Origin: Dimorphilus gyrociliatus
Lineage: Eukaryota > Animalia > Annelida
DNA length: 64,000 nt
Reading direction: 5' to 3'
Assembly (NCBI GenBank): GCA_904063045.1
Contig: CAJFCJ010000006.1
Span: forward strand, 3,860,408-3,924,407
The position numbers and the translations under genes were made by a program. Every line of letters starts with the position of its first letter. The first letter of the stretch is position 1. Shown one piece after another: positions 38,025-50,263 of the stretch. The notes under the pieces are model-generated. The model saw only the letters and a program-made list of their open reading frames with translations. It was not told the origin of the DNA and ran no database searches.

Positions 38025-41000
38025 TCAATATTTTGGGCTTGACGAAAAACACAGTTTAAATGTGTAAGGAGCCTTTCCCTGTGGATTGTCGATAGCAGCA
38101 TGATTACCGAGAGCAAGAGCTTCTAAAGCGTCCTCTACAGATTTAAATTCTAACACGCCCGAACTACTACGGTCACTTTTCGGTGGAAATTGTTTTACAG
38201 AGACTGGTGGAGATATCTGTAGATTATTGAACAGTCTGATTATTTCCTGTTCCCCAACTGACGGTGGTGCGTTATAATAATGTAACACAGGACAAGGGGC
38301 TTGAATGCGGTTTTTCTGAGCTGCTTCACGAGTTGAAAAACGATTGTTGCGATGCGAAGAATAGTCTACATATGAAGGTGATCCATCATGTAACTCATAA
38401 TTACTATGGACCTCTAGCAGATACGGTTGTTTTGATTTGGCTATTTGTAATTCTTGACCAAAAAGGGACGCCTTATTCAAATTTTTTGCCGCACGATCAC
38501 AACTAGAAGGATCGTTCATTTGAATCATAGCTGTTCCTTCCTTTGATTTCAAAAACTTCACCCTTATAACATTACCATAAAGGCAAAAAATATTGAAGAC
38601 TCGCTGGCAAGTCATGACTTCTGGATTTAAGCCATAAACCATCAGAACACAACCTTGGACTCCTGGTGGCCCATCATAACCTCCGTACTCAGGTCCATAT
38701 CCTGCACCCATACCTCGATTATCACCCATAGGCATGCTACCACCCATTCCTGACTGAGGACCATAGTCGTAACCACCACCACCACCACCGCCGCCGCCTC
38801 CACCTCCTCCTCCTCCTGCCCCACCGCCTCCACCGCCATATTCTATAGGGCCATTTGGTCCTCGAGGTCCCATTCCATATCCTCCACCTGGCGGAGGTCT
38901 ACTATCATTTTCTAACGGCGGTCCATATCCAGGTCCTCCTGGACCAGGAGGTATGTTTGGAGGACCTGCTAGGCCTTGAGATGAACCTTGATTTCCTAAA
39001 GGAGAAAATTTAATTTTTGATATACGATATCCCTTGTTATAAGTAATAAGACACGATTAACAAAGACTGCTGCGTTACAATTTTAGTCAGGTTAAAAGAT
39101 TTACAGAAAAACTTACGTCCACCATAAGGAGTTGGTCCAGATCCATACCGAGGTTCCTGAAGAAGGGGTGCATTTCCGCGATGTTCATTTTGACCTAAGA
39201 TGATGTGATATTTATTAATTTCCTTTAATATATTAGTTAATTAATTGATACATATGTGTACTTAAAGGAAGAGCAAGAAGCACAAACACTTCTCTTTAAT
39301 GATACATCTGAAAATACAGTACAAACTAAGGGTTCCCCGACTCAACCGTAAAAAAAAAATAAATAAAAAATAAAAAGCAAAAACATTCCAAGCTACAAAA
39401 CATTTCTGAATTTTGTGGGCTTAATTTTAAACATTCCCCTTACAGAACCTCCAGTAAAACTTTTAGTTTGCACTGTAAGAAGAGTCCACCCTCACAGATA
39501 AATCTAGTTTGCTTTCCGAAGAACAATGAGAATAGAATGTGTTACAACATCGTTAATTCACATTATATTATTAATTCGAAGAGACTTAATTATCGATTTG
39601 TGCCTAACCAAGGGTATTTCGTTAACTCTTGGTGTAGGTGAGTGGTGCAATGCGTCAAAAACACATTACCATCCATCTCCAATAGAATAGAATTTTTAAC
39701 AGTTTATTTTTCAGCAGCTCCAGCAATTTTTCATTCTTCCAAAGTTCCTGTAAAAGTTCCGGCAAAAATGAGAAATTGTTTGAAAGCAGTTTATAGCCTG
39801 TTTGTGACTGCATGTTGTTTCTTGAATGCACTGTATACTTTTGTAATTATGAGTATACATGTTGTTACTGTGAATAGTTTTCTTTCTTTGTTTCTAACTA
39901 TTATATCTTCTTATGTCTCTTCTTGATTTTGGAGAATGTACTACATCAAAAGTGAATAATGTTCTAGTGAAGCAAGGTATTAGTAGAACACGCCTAAAAC
40001 TAGACTTGACAATGCAGAAATTTACACATGTTTACATTATATGAAATATACATGAACGTCATGTTGTGCAACATGTGAACGCTGTATGTTGTTGTTTTCG
40101 AAAAAAATGCATCTTATAAATAATAAAATACAAGTTATAGCTTACCTAGATTAGGATTTGTATAATCATAGGATTCGCTGTCATTCTTATAGACGTTTAA
40201 TTTTGTTGGCTGTAATTAAAAAGAATTAAGTAATATCGTCAATTTTTAATGAAAATTTACCTTGGCGAACTCGATTTTTAAAGTGCAGCAACCAGAATAA
40301 ATGTCTGCACCATTCAAAGTTTTTTTTGCTCGTCGAGCAGATTCAACAGAATCAAACGTAAAGATAGAATTAAGGTTTAAATGTACGGAAAAATTTAAAT
40401 TTTTTTAAACTAAGTGGTCTTTTTTTTGCAAAAAGGATATTCTACCATAGATTGCACTCCATTTTTTTTGAACACCACGATTCTCAGTACTTTTCCGTTT
40501 GCATTGCAAATTGTATGCATAACATCCTAAAAATGAAAAAATGGCCAATTGACATTTCATATATTTCAAAAATGATATTTATCTATTACCGTTGTTATTG
40601 GATACTGAGGATTTAAAATAGTAAACAACAACACTTTATTAGCGTTCCCTTCTGCATCAGTTTCGTTAGGTGGTCTCTGAATTCTTTTACTCGTAGAGTA
40701 ATTAAAAAAGGCTGGTTGATTGGCTACATATATTTGATTTTGCTGAGCATAGTCAACACAACTGATGGCTTCTTTGATATCCTTTAAAAGAATATTGTTA
40801 TAAACTACGTTATTACTAGAAGATATAACACACGTTAAATTCGACCAAAGCTTGACGTCTATTAGGCATCATTATAATATATTGTATTTCACCGAATCGT
40901 TGAACAGCTTCGATCAAATCATTTTCAACGACCATATCACTTAATCCCCGAACGTGAACGACTTTTGATGGATTTGTGTTGTGCCGCTCTTGTCGGACTT

Positions 41001-41264
41001 CCTGAAAATTATTTTAAAAAAATACATTTTTTTGTTAAATTTAAATACGGCAGATGGAAGAGACGTGAGGGAACAACGGAAAAAGCAGCGTCATTAGAAT
41101 AATACTGGTTTCTAGTGACCAGAACTACTTTTTCAGATCTCAGTTGGGCTTAAAAAGTCTATGTTTTAAAAAATAAATAGTATACATACATATTCCCCTT
41201 CAGTGCGCTGTCGTTTCGGCACATGACCGTCGCAATCATCATACGACTCATAGCTGGAAGCCAT
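38025..41264 (-). CDS. HNRNPL: Heterogeneous nuclear ribonucleoprotein L (4 RRMs, Gly/Pro-rich linker), multi-exon
   Basis: PSKVVHVRGL, RQALVEF, NKVLLFTILNPQYPIT, TLKIEFAKPTKLNV...YDYTNPNL, VLMVYGL...VFNIFCLYGNV.RVKFLKSK and NRIQAPCPVLHYYNAP. Confidence 0.93.
39670..39747 (-). other. Candidate poison (PTC) cassette exon of hnRNP L, 78 nt
   Basis: CTTTTACAG acceptor, ATG|GTAATG donor, in-frame TGA at 39733-39731; downstream of CA-rich intron tracts. Confidence 0.7.
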
Positions 41265-42066
41265 TTGTTTAAAGTTACAGGAAACGGAAGTAAATTATAT
41301 CTGAAGTATAAATTTCCGAAAATTACAAAATTTAAAACTTAAATGCTCAAGTCGAGATAGTTGTGCATTAATAAATTAAAGTAAAAATTTTTTGTACTAG
41401 ATTTATATAATGTTGGTACCACTGACTATTTTCGTATCATTTTGATTTTCGTACTAACGAACGAACGCGCCGATAATCTCGAAAACCATTGTCCAAATCT
41501 CTAAAAATTCGTATTAATTAACATATAAATAGCTGTTCAACAGAAAGTTTTGAATCTCATGAAAAATTTGAGGTACTTGTAAACTTTAAAAAGTCGTTTT
41601 ATAAGTAGTATTTATCATTTTTGTTGTCACGAATTAAACGAAGCTATACCTATTATCGCCCAAACAATTTTAGGTTCGAATTTATTTGCTATTCAACATG
41701 TAACTAAGTGTAAGTTTGGTATTGTATATATATTTAGTCTAAAATTTTGTATTTCTATACTTAATTTACCTTGACAACTCATACAATAAACACTAAACTT
41801 ATTTTATTTTATCCAAAAATTATTATACAGCAAGTGATTTAAAAACTACCTTTTTGATGTCTGTGAAATTTTGTGAGTACGTATATAGAGCTTTTAGCAC
41901 ATCTTCTACAGGAAATTAAGTTACCAAAAAATAAAAGAGTAATCTAATACTTCTATCAAAATGTAAAGAAGTGCTTTCCGTGTAGCTTAAGACAATAACT
42001 ACTGCTTTTTAAGCAAATATTTCAATTTATTATAAATTGCTTTTGCTCTTTAGGTAGTTTAGAAAG

Positions 42067-43763
42067 ATGTTGCCGACAAAAGGAGCGAAACATATTATAT
42101 CAATTCTTCCCCGTCGAAGCGTATTTAACGAACGAGTGAAATTAACGACAGGCCCGGAAGAATGCACGACAAATGTGGACAAAGTACAATCTTTTGTTGT
42201 TCAAATGGAATCTCCTACAGAAGAAAATCAAATATCAGAATCACCAATAAGTGTCCAGCAAACGACCATTGAAACGACAGCAGTTGAAGAATCACCTCAA
42301 CAATTCAATCGTCTTATTCGAATTGAAAAGTTTCCCAGGAAGCTATTTGCATTAGTTAATTTGGGAGGCTGCTCAGGTATTCAATGGACTCATGACGGGA
42401 AAAGTATCGTTATAGATCCTTATCTCTTTAAGAGCCAATACTTGGATACTACGAAAAATGTTTTCAAAACAACAAATATTAAATCTTTTATCAGGCAATT
42501 AAACCTCTATGGTTTCAAAAAGCAAAAATCTCATCCAAGTAAATATAAAGCTCATGTTCTAGAGTTTTTCAATGAGTATTTTGTAAAAGGAAGGCCAGAT
42601 CTTTTATTAGCTGTTCAACGACGACGAAATGTTAAAGTGATAAAAAATGAGCTCTGCTCCGATTCTGCACCGTCTGGTTCTAACAACCAAAGAAAGCCAA
42701 CTTATATCTTAAGTAATGACAAGAAAATAAATAATAATAATGACGATACTTTCAATGTGAATGCTTTCTTTGAGGATATTAGTCATCTTCCCGCCAATCA
42801 AAAACAATTGAAATTAGCGAAGTTAGCACAAGATCGAATTAAATTAAACAAAAAAGTCTCATCAAAAACTAATAATTTGACCTTATTACCGGCAAAAAGA
42901 AGATATTCTTTAAAATCTCGACATAAGCCATTAACCCCTGTGAAGAGTAACCTGGCAAATTCTCGAAAGTTTTCTTCTGAAGCCGATAATAAAATTCGCC
43001 GATCTAAAATTAGTTCATTTAAACAACGCTTAGATAGTTTGTTAAAACAGAAAAAAGAGCAAAAGTTACCATCGACTAGACATAAACATGCAAGAAATAT
43101 TCTTGAAAAGAAAACTATCGAAGAAAGCTCTGTGACTGATGATCAATCAGAACTAGTGGAAGAAAATAGGGACGAGCCTCCTGAGAATAGAATTACTTAT
43201 ACGTTAGAGAAATTTACAGCCTTGAAATTAAAAGCTGCTTCATATCCTACAGAAGATCGATGGACTCATGAGTCAGAACCAAAATTACAATGCTCTTTTT
43301 ATCTAAATGCTGAATTAGAAACTGAAACTGTAGAGTTAGAAAGTGGTACAAGACACGATATATTAGTTACTTGCGCCAGAGATAGATTTCTGTCATGTCT
43401 TTTGTACACGAATGTTTCGGGAAAGCTTCCATATTTTACACCGGGACCATTACTCAAAGTTGCGGGATGCGGGAGCATACCTTTACTCTTGACTTACATT
43501 ACTAACTGCAGCCTTTGTTGGGGTGTTGCATGCTTGGACCGCAAACAATCTTTAATATATATACTCTGTGCTAGTTCCTTCGATACTGCTCTGCCCGAAC
43601 TTCCCGATGGACGTCAAAAAGATAATTTACCTGTTGGTAAGTGAAGTGAAAGAGTTTAATATTGTTTTTATCAATAATAACCTCTACATTTTCAGTTATT
43701 CAAGATGCTGATACTACAAGCGTTCTACTTTTGGCCCATTTATTACTGCCGAAACATAATTGA
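42067..43763 (+). CDS. HSF-type DNA-binding domain protein, HSF5/HSFY-like
   Basis: KFPRKLF...IQWTHDGKSIVID...FKTTNIKSFIRQLNLYGFKK...FFNEYFVKGRPDLL. No obvious HR-A/B heptad repeat after the DBD. Probable short last exon 43697-43763 via G|GTAAGT...TTTCAG; the unspliced ORF stops at 43644. Confidence 0.8.
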
Positions 43764-44250
43764 AAATTTAATTAAAATAATTGTGCTATCATAACTTAAT
43801 AATATTTCTATTTGCTTATTTTCATTTTTCGCAATTGTCTACATTTAAAAGAGAAATATTGAGCAATTTACTCGGAAAAATGAAAATAATTCGTTATAAA
43901 AGATATCGAAAATTTACTATAACATGTAAAATATCTAATACTTGTACATAGAATGATATATATTTTTCAAAATTCATCTTTGAATTATTATTGTGATTGC
44001 ATAAAGAGTAATTTTCAGTTTTCGATGCTTTGTTTACATATTTAGAGGTCACATTCCGAGTTACATTTTCATATATAATTGTTTCTATAACTATATTTAA
44101 CTGCATGCTAATTAACTGCTGATCATCTAATGAATGAATATATTATATTAACACTACAGCCTATTTGAATTTCAAATTGTTCGAAACCCCAGTCGAAACC
44201 CGCGAAATTTAAAACTCTCAACCAATCAGCGTTTGTTACTATTTTTTCAC

Positions 44251-44276
44251 ATTCAGGAATATTCCAATCACGTGAC
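44251..44276. promoter_or_regulatory. Perfect 3-unit heat shock element followed by CCAAT and TCACGTGAC (E-box/CLEAR-like) upstream of ZFAND2
   Basis: aTTCagGAAtaTTCc at 44251-44265, overlapping CCAATCACGTGAC; about 200 bp upstream of the ATG at 44463. Confidence 0.65.
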
Positions 44277-44462
44277 TATCCGAAGTCTTTAAATGACGTA
44301 GATAGGAATTGCCTTACTCATTCAAACAAACTGCTGCATCATATTGATGTACAATTTTTAACATTATCTCATCATAACTGAGACGTAATTAATTAGATTT
44401 TCAATCTTAAGCTCTTCATAGTCTTATTTAACTAACTATATATCGGAAAATCGACTTCAATT

Positions 44463-45374
44463 ATGGAATTTCCAGAATTAGGAGAAAATTGCAGTGAAGC
44501 AACTTGTAAACAATTAGGTAATAAACATTTTTGATTTTAGAATCTTTATAACAACGATTACATTATAATTTTATTTATTTAGATTTTTTACCTATGAAAT
44601 GTGACGCTTGTAGTCGGATGTTTTGGTGAGAATGATATATAATTTTATAAAAATACACTTCAACCTCCCTTTTTAAATTTAGTAAAGATCACTTGACCTA
44701 TGCGACTCACAATTGTCCAGAATCTTATAAAAGAAATCGACAAGTTCCCATTTGTCCGTTATGTAATTCGGCAATAACGGTTTCTGGAAACGCATCTGTT
44801 GATATGATCGTGAATCAGCACATTGACAATGACTGTAAGTCTCATCTGGCGAGTAGACGGAAAAAAGTATTTCAGAATAAATGCTCTAAAAAAGGCTGCA
44901 AAATAAAAGAACTTATGTCTCTAACCTGCTCAAAGTGCCGACTTAATTTTTGTTTGAAACATCGTCATGAAGCCGATCACGATTGCCAAGGACCTCAAAT
45001 ACCCACAAGAACCAACAAGTAAAGCTAAATATTAATAAATTTACAGTTTTAACTGAGTGAAAAACTTGTAATACAGATCGGTTTTTAAGAACCAAAATGT
45101 TCAATTGACCAACGGAGTCGAATCTAGAAGACCTATGGCTGTTTCTTTACAACCTCAGAATATTAGTGAAGATGAAGCCATGGCAAGAGCGTTACAGGCT
45201 AGTATGGCAGAAAGTAATGCTCCAGGCAGGACACTATCCGATAAAGAATTACAGGAACAACGCGATTTCGAATTAGCAAAGGCCTTACAGATGGAAGCTG
45301 ATGCTGGAAATCGTCCGCAGCAAACAAATACCCGACAAAGGGAAACTAGAAATTCTAACTGTCAAATTTCTTAA
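44463..45374 (+). CDS. ZFAND2: AN1-type zinc finger protein 2 (AIRAP/AIRAPL) with UIMs and CaaX box, multi-exon
   Basis: MEFPELGENCSEATCKQLDFLPMKCDAC...FCKDHLTYATHNC, VPICPLC and a second AN1 finger CLKHRHEADHDC; UIMs SEDEAMARALQASM and DFELAKALQ; ends CQIS*. Confidence 0.92.
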
Positions 45375-45483
45375 CAGTATAATCTATTGCTCTTAAAATG
45401 ATAAATAATATTGTTAAATAACTTGAATATACAATTAACTATCTACGGTCTCATTTGCAGTCCTTTTCGATATGATAACTAAA

Positions 45484-48400
45484 CTATACAGAATGCTGTA
45501 CATTTTCCTTATTATCAGGGAAGTTTTGAGAAACGGGTGTTTTTGAACCTGGGGACCTTGATTTATCTCCAGGAGCAACTATACCATGTCTTCTTAATTC
45601 TTGAGCAGCCCTTTCACGTTCAAATTTCTCATTTGTGACCTGCCTCTTGAGCTTATCAATTTCGCCTTCCAATTCGATATTTTTAGAGCGTAGAGACACG
45701 ACTTCCTTATTTTGACTTTCACTAGAAATATTAAATCAATTACTTAATTAGGTTTTAAATGATATTAATTTTCAAACATACTATTTGCTCTCGCACAACG
45801 CCAAGCGGTCCTTTAACATAAGAATTTCTGCTTCAGCTTCGTGATGGAACAGTTGCGTTTGATACTCTTTTTCTCTATTTGTACTCAATAAACTCTCTAA
45901 TCTAGTAACGGACTCATGTTCACATCTTATTTGTTCTCGGAGAGCATCGTTTTCACGTTGAACGTCATCAATATTATGACCAAATACATCTCTTTGACTT
46001 TCTAAGCCTGCTAACTGTCTCTGAAATAGAAAACAAAATATTATTAAACAGCCTTTATTTTTTTCATATGAAACTAACTTGTAGTTGATCTTTTGATAGC
46101 TCAAGTTTAGCACAAAGTTCTCTCACTGCAGCTAAATCGCTAGACATTGCTCTTTTATCATTCTCGGCTTGTCTTACACATTCTTCTAAATGGCCAACAG
46201 ATTTTGATAAGTGTGATACCTGAGCCTCGTATGAAGCTTCCACATGTGTTAACTCTTGCAGTTGGTGGTCTTGAACATCGCAACGCTCTTTAAGTCGCCT
46301 TAATTCTGCATCTCTGGTCATGATCTCAAGACGAAGGGACGAATTATAACTCTCTAATTCATGCTTAGCAGTTTCATTTCCTTCTGCGTTAGCAGAGAGC
46401 GCTTTGTATTGTTCTAAAAGGTCTGATCTTTGTCTTTCTTTTACCATAAGCAGCTCTTCGGCCTTTTTCAATTGAGTCATATTATTTTTTATTTCATCCT
46501 TTAAATGTTCTTTGTCAACTTGGAATTGGTCTAATTGATTTTGAATATATTGATGCTCTTTAGTCATTGTTGCTAAGTCACTATGCAAAGCCCGATTCTC
46601 TTTAATGGTAATATCTCTACCCCTTTCTACTTCGCTCAATTCTACCAAAGCATCATCTAATTGTTTTTTTAGAGACCTTATTTCGTGATCCTTAGACATG
46701 AAATCTTCTCTGGTGCGAGACAGTTGACCTTCCAATTCACTAATAGTTAGTTGTATGTCTCCCAAAGCCCTATCTTTAATCATTACTTCTTCTTTTAACG
46801 ATAAAATTAGCTCAGTTTTGTGATCAGCATCTGACTGAATGGTATCCTTATCTCGATCTAGAGCAGCGACGGTATTGCGAAGCTCTTGATATTTTTCCCT
46901 CTCACTGTTTAACTGGGTGTGTAAAGCAGTGGATTCACGTTCTAATTGTTTTGATCGTTCTCTTTCGCTTTTCAATTCTTCTTCTATTCGTGTTAATTGT
47001 CTTTCAGCATCGTTAGCGGCTCTCTCAGCATTTTCAGCCAACAAACGCATTTGGGTTGCTCTAGTTTTATGTGAGTTTAAAGATTCTCCCTCTTCACGTA
47101 ACTGAAAAAAATAAATTTTTGTTAAACCCGCTTCGTACAAATAAAAGCTAACTTTATTTTCTAAGGAATCAATTAGGCTTTGAACTCCGCTGGAAGCGCT
47201 AACAGCTTCATTTGCTTTCAATTCAGCAATACTCAAACTGGATTGAAGATCATTAATTTTCTGTTCCAGTCTTGCTTTCTCTGCAATTTGAGTTTCTGTT
47301 GCAATTTGGAGTCGCTCTTTTAAAGACTCGCATTCTGCGGTAATCTTTCTTAATTCTTCAAGAGATTCGTCTGTAGAAATAAAATAAGCCGTGAAGCTTA
47401 GGATCATATGACAAGTATTTCAAACCTCTCTCCAATTCAACACGTTTAAAAACAGCTTGAGTAGCTAATGTAGCCTTGGGGCTTCTAGCTGAAGTACTGT
47501 TATCTTTCATAGTATCTAAAGTTTTAAAAGATTTTTATATCTAGTATTATAAAAATATGAGTGCTTGATATTATTACCGATTTCTGCTTTAGTTTGGTTG
47601 TATAGTTCCAAAAATTTGTTTCTTTCGGTTGTAAGAACTTTAACATTTGATTGAATTTCCGCCATATGCTCCTCAAAAGTATTTAGAACTTTTTGTAACT
47701 TATCTCGTTCTTCCTTCACTTTTTCTAATTCCTTTTCTTGTTCAATATACTGCTAAAACAATTAATGGAGCTGTTAGGTTTTAAATGTTATGATATTTAA
47801 ACTCTAAAATAGACTTTATTTGAGAGAAAAATAGAAACAGGGTTTAGAAAGTATAAAAGAAAAAAATGAAGGAAATGTTTTATTTATGGAAAAAACTGAG
47901 TGTCTTTAGAAGCTTGACGTTTTATCGGTGAAATAATGGGTTCGAATAAATCTTTTTCATCTAGAGTATCAGGAAATGAGGATCCATTTTCAGAATTCTT
48001 ACTTTGAGCTGACTTCTTTTGATTCTTATCTTTAGAGCTAAAACTCTCTCTAAATTTTCGACTTCTGGCACTAATAGGAATACTATTCTTTCTAATTAGT
48101 GAACAAGTTCCACTTAAACGTCTGCTACCTATTCGACCCAGTTGACTACTAAGTAATGCCTCTTTATTTGAATTTCCATAATTTTCCAAGATTTTAAAAT
48201 CAACTAATTTTGCAGGTAAGTCTAAGAAACTTTCATTTATCAACATTTGACTATTAAATTCAGTAATGTTACTATTTTGTGTTGACTTATTTTTATCGGG
48301 ACAATCGCTATACATGCTGACATACCAATTATTGTTTGCAACTTCAATAGAATCAGACAGAGAACAGTCAGTTTTAATTTTATCATCGTTTACACTATCC

Positions 48401-50263
48401 AAACGAACCTGTGTTGTTGAAGATGTATTTGTCCTCACTGGTGATGGCGAATTTGCTTTCGTTGATCGTAATAATTCGTATTCACTTTTGTAAAAATTTC
48501 GCTCATCTTCTATTTGTTTCATTTCCTATTGACAAATCGATTGGATAATTAGATATACATCACAACATAAATGAAAATGTGAATTTTTATAGACCTCTTC
48601 CGTGTTTTTATTAGATAAAGAGTGGGAAGTATCAATTGGTGCATAGGAAACATTCTTCATAATATCTTGTAATGTTTCAACTTCAGCTTTCCAATAATCC
48701 CTCTCTTCTTCAGTACTTTTAATAATTTTTTCATAATTCTTATTACTATTTCTGTCATTTTTTGGTATTATTCTTTGTTTTTTCAATCGTTCGATTTCCA
48801 TGATAAGATCTTTTTCTGTTCAACACATTTCATTTAGATACAAATAATCTGACATTTTCAGAGCTCTAATACAAACCACTTTTTGTTAGTTTTGTAATTT
48901 TACTGCTAAGATTTTTTTTGTCCTCTTGAACCTATAAAATAACAATTATTTGTGAGAGAGCATAAAGAATCTTTCACAAAACCAAACCTTTTCTAACAGA
49001 TCAGTCATGCGAATAATTTCTACGTTACATTTTGTTGTTGATTCGTTCATTTCAGCGAGCAAAGCATCTTTTTCCTAGAGAGATTGAAAGAGTTTAACGA
49101 TCTCAGGCATTAAAGATGAGGCTATACTCACAGCTTTTAAATGTTCGATCTCTATATTTAATATCTCAAACTCTTTCTTTGTTCTATCCAGTTCACTAAC
49201 AAGAGTGCATGAATCTCTAGTAGGAACTTCATTGTCTAATAGTTCTCTTTGTTGCGTACCATTTTGTCCCTATTGATTATTTTTTATAAAGAAAATCGTA
49301 ACAGATACTTCAAGTTGAACTGCAAGGCAAACCTGATTCAGTAGTTCATCATTTTTCTGTTGTAAATAATCCAATTGAATATTCAAATGAGCTATGTGTC
49401 TTTCGTGAGATCTATTCCTGGCCTCGAGAGCGACAACATCATAGGGTCTTCCACCTTGCAACTGATTGTATAAGCGATCAATTTCTTTTTCCCTTTCTTC
49501 AATCTTGAATTTACCCAAAATAATAAACTTTTTTAGCAAAAAAAAAAATGTAACCACTTACCTGATTTCGATAGAGGTCGATCTTATCTTTCAAACCTTG
49601 TTTTTCATCTTGAACTGTTTTTACTTGGGAAGTTAGTGAGGAAATTTGTCTATCGGCCAACTCTAAAAGATCAATGGTCTTTTGGGACGTTTCAGACGCT
49701 TTAACAGGTGCTTCTGGAACAAGACAATCTATTTCCATTCTTTGTCTTCTAAAAGGTATATTCTTTTTCCGACCACCTGGAGTCTGGACCACAGCATGCA
49801 TATTTTTTTCTTGAAGACTTAAAATCTTATCGCTCTTCTGTTTTGATTCTCTTTCTAAATTTCCAACTTTTATTACATACTGATTATTTAGTAATAAAAG
49901 ATCTTTTCTATCAGCTTCGGATTTCCTAAATTTTGCTTTTAGCTCTTTGATTGCTTTATCACTTTGATCTTTGACTGTTATTAACTCTTTGTGAAGTTCG
50001 TTAGTCTCTCGTACTAACTTTGCATTATCACTCTTATAAGGTTGTAAAATTTCTGAAACTTCTCCTGAAGTGTTGCTATCTTTAAAAGAGTTTGATTTCG
50101 ATTGCCTCTCTTGTTTCAGGGAGTCAGTGGTATGTAAAAGATCCGCGAAAAGTCGTTCTACCAAAGGCAATGACTCAATTCCTAGAGGTTGTCTATAACC
50201 TAATTGATCAAGTCTTTTTCTCAAGCTAGAAAACTTTTGTTGAGTAGCGGCGTTAGAAAGCAT
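45484..50263 (-). CDS. CEP135: Centrosomal protein of 135 kDa (Bld10), multi-exon
   Basis: N-terminus LRKRLDQLGYRQPLGIESLPLVERLFADLLHTT, VVQTPGGRKKNIPFRRQRMEID, long coiled coils and C-terminal TNEKFERERAAQELRRHG. Confidence 0.92.

Noticed and set aside
38775-38835. GGT/GGA/GGC triplet repeat
   Set aside because: It encodes the Gly-rich linker of hnRNP L; coding low complexity, not a separate element.
39260-39480. Further possible micro-exons in the long hnRNP L intron (CTTCTTACAG|TGCAAAC..., TATTTTCAG|ATGTATC...)
   Set aside because: The acceptors look plausible, but the donors are weak or phase-incompatible; not supportable without reads.
44178-44190. GTTCGAAACC, resembling a tRNA T-loop or B box
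   Set aside because: No A box and no cloverleaf upstream; not a tRNA. At most an isolated TFIIIC-like site.
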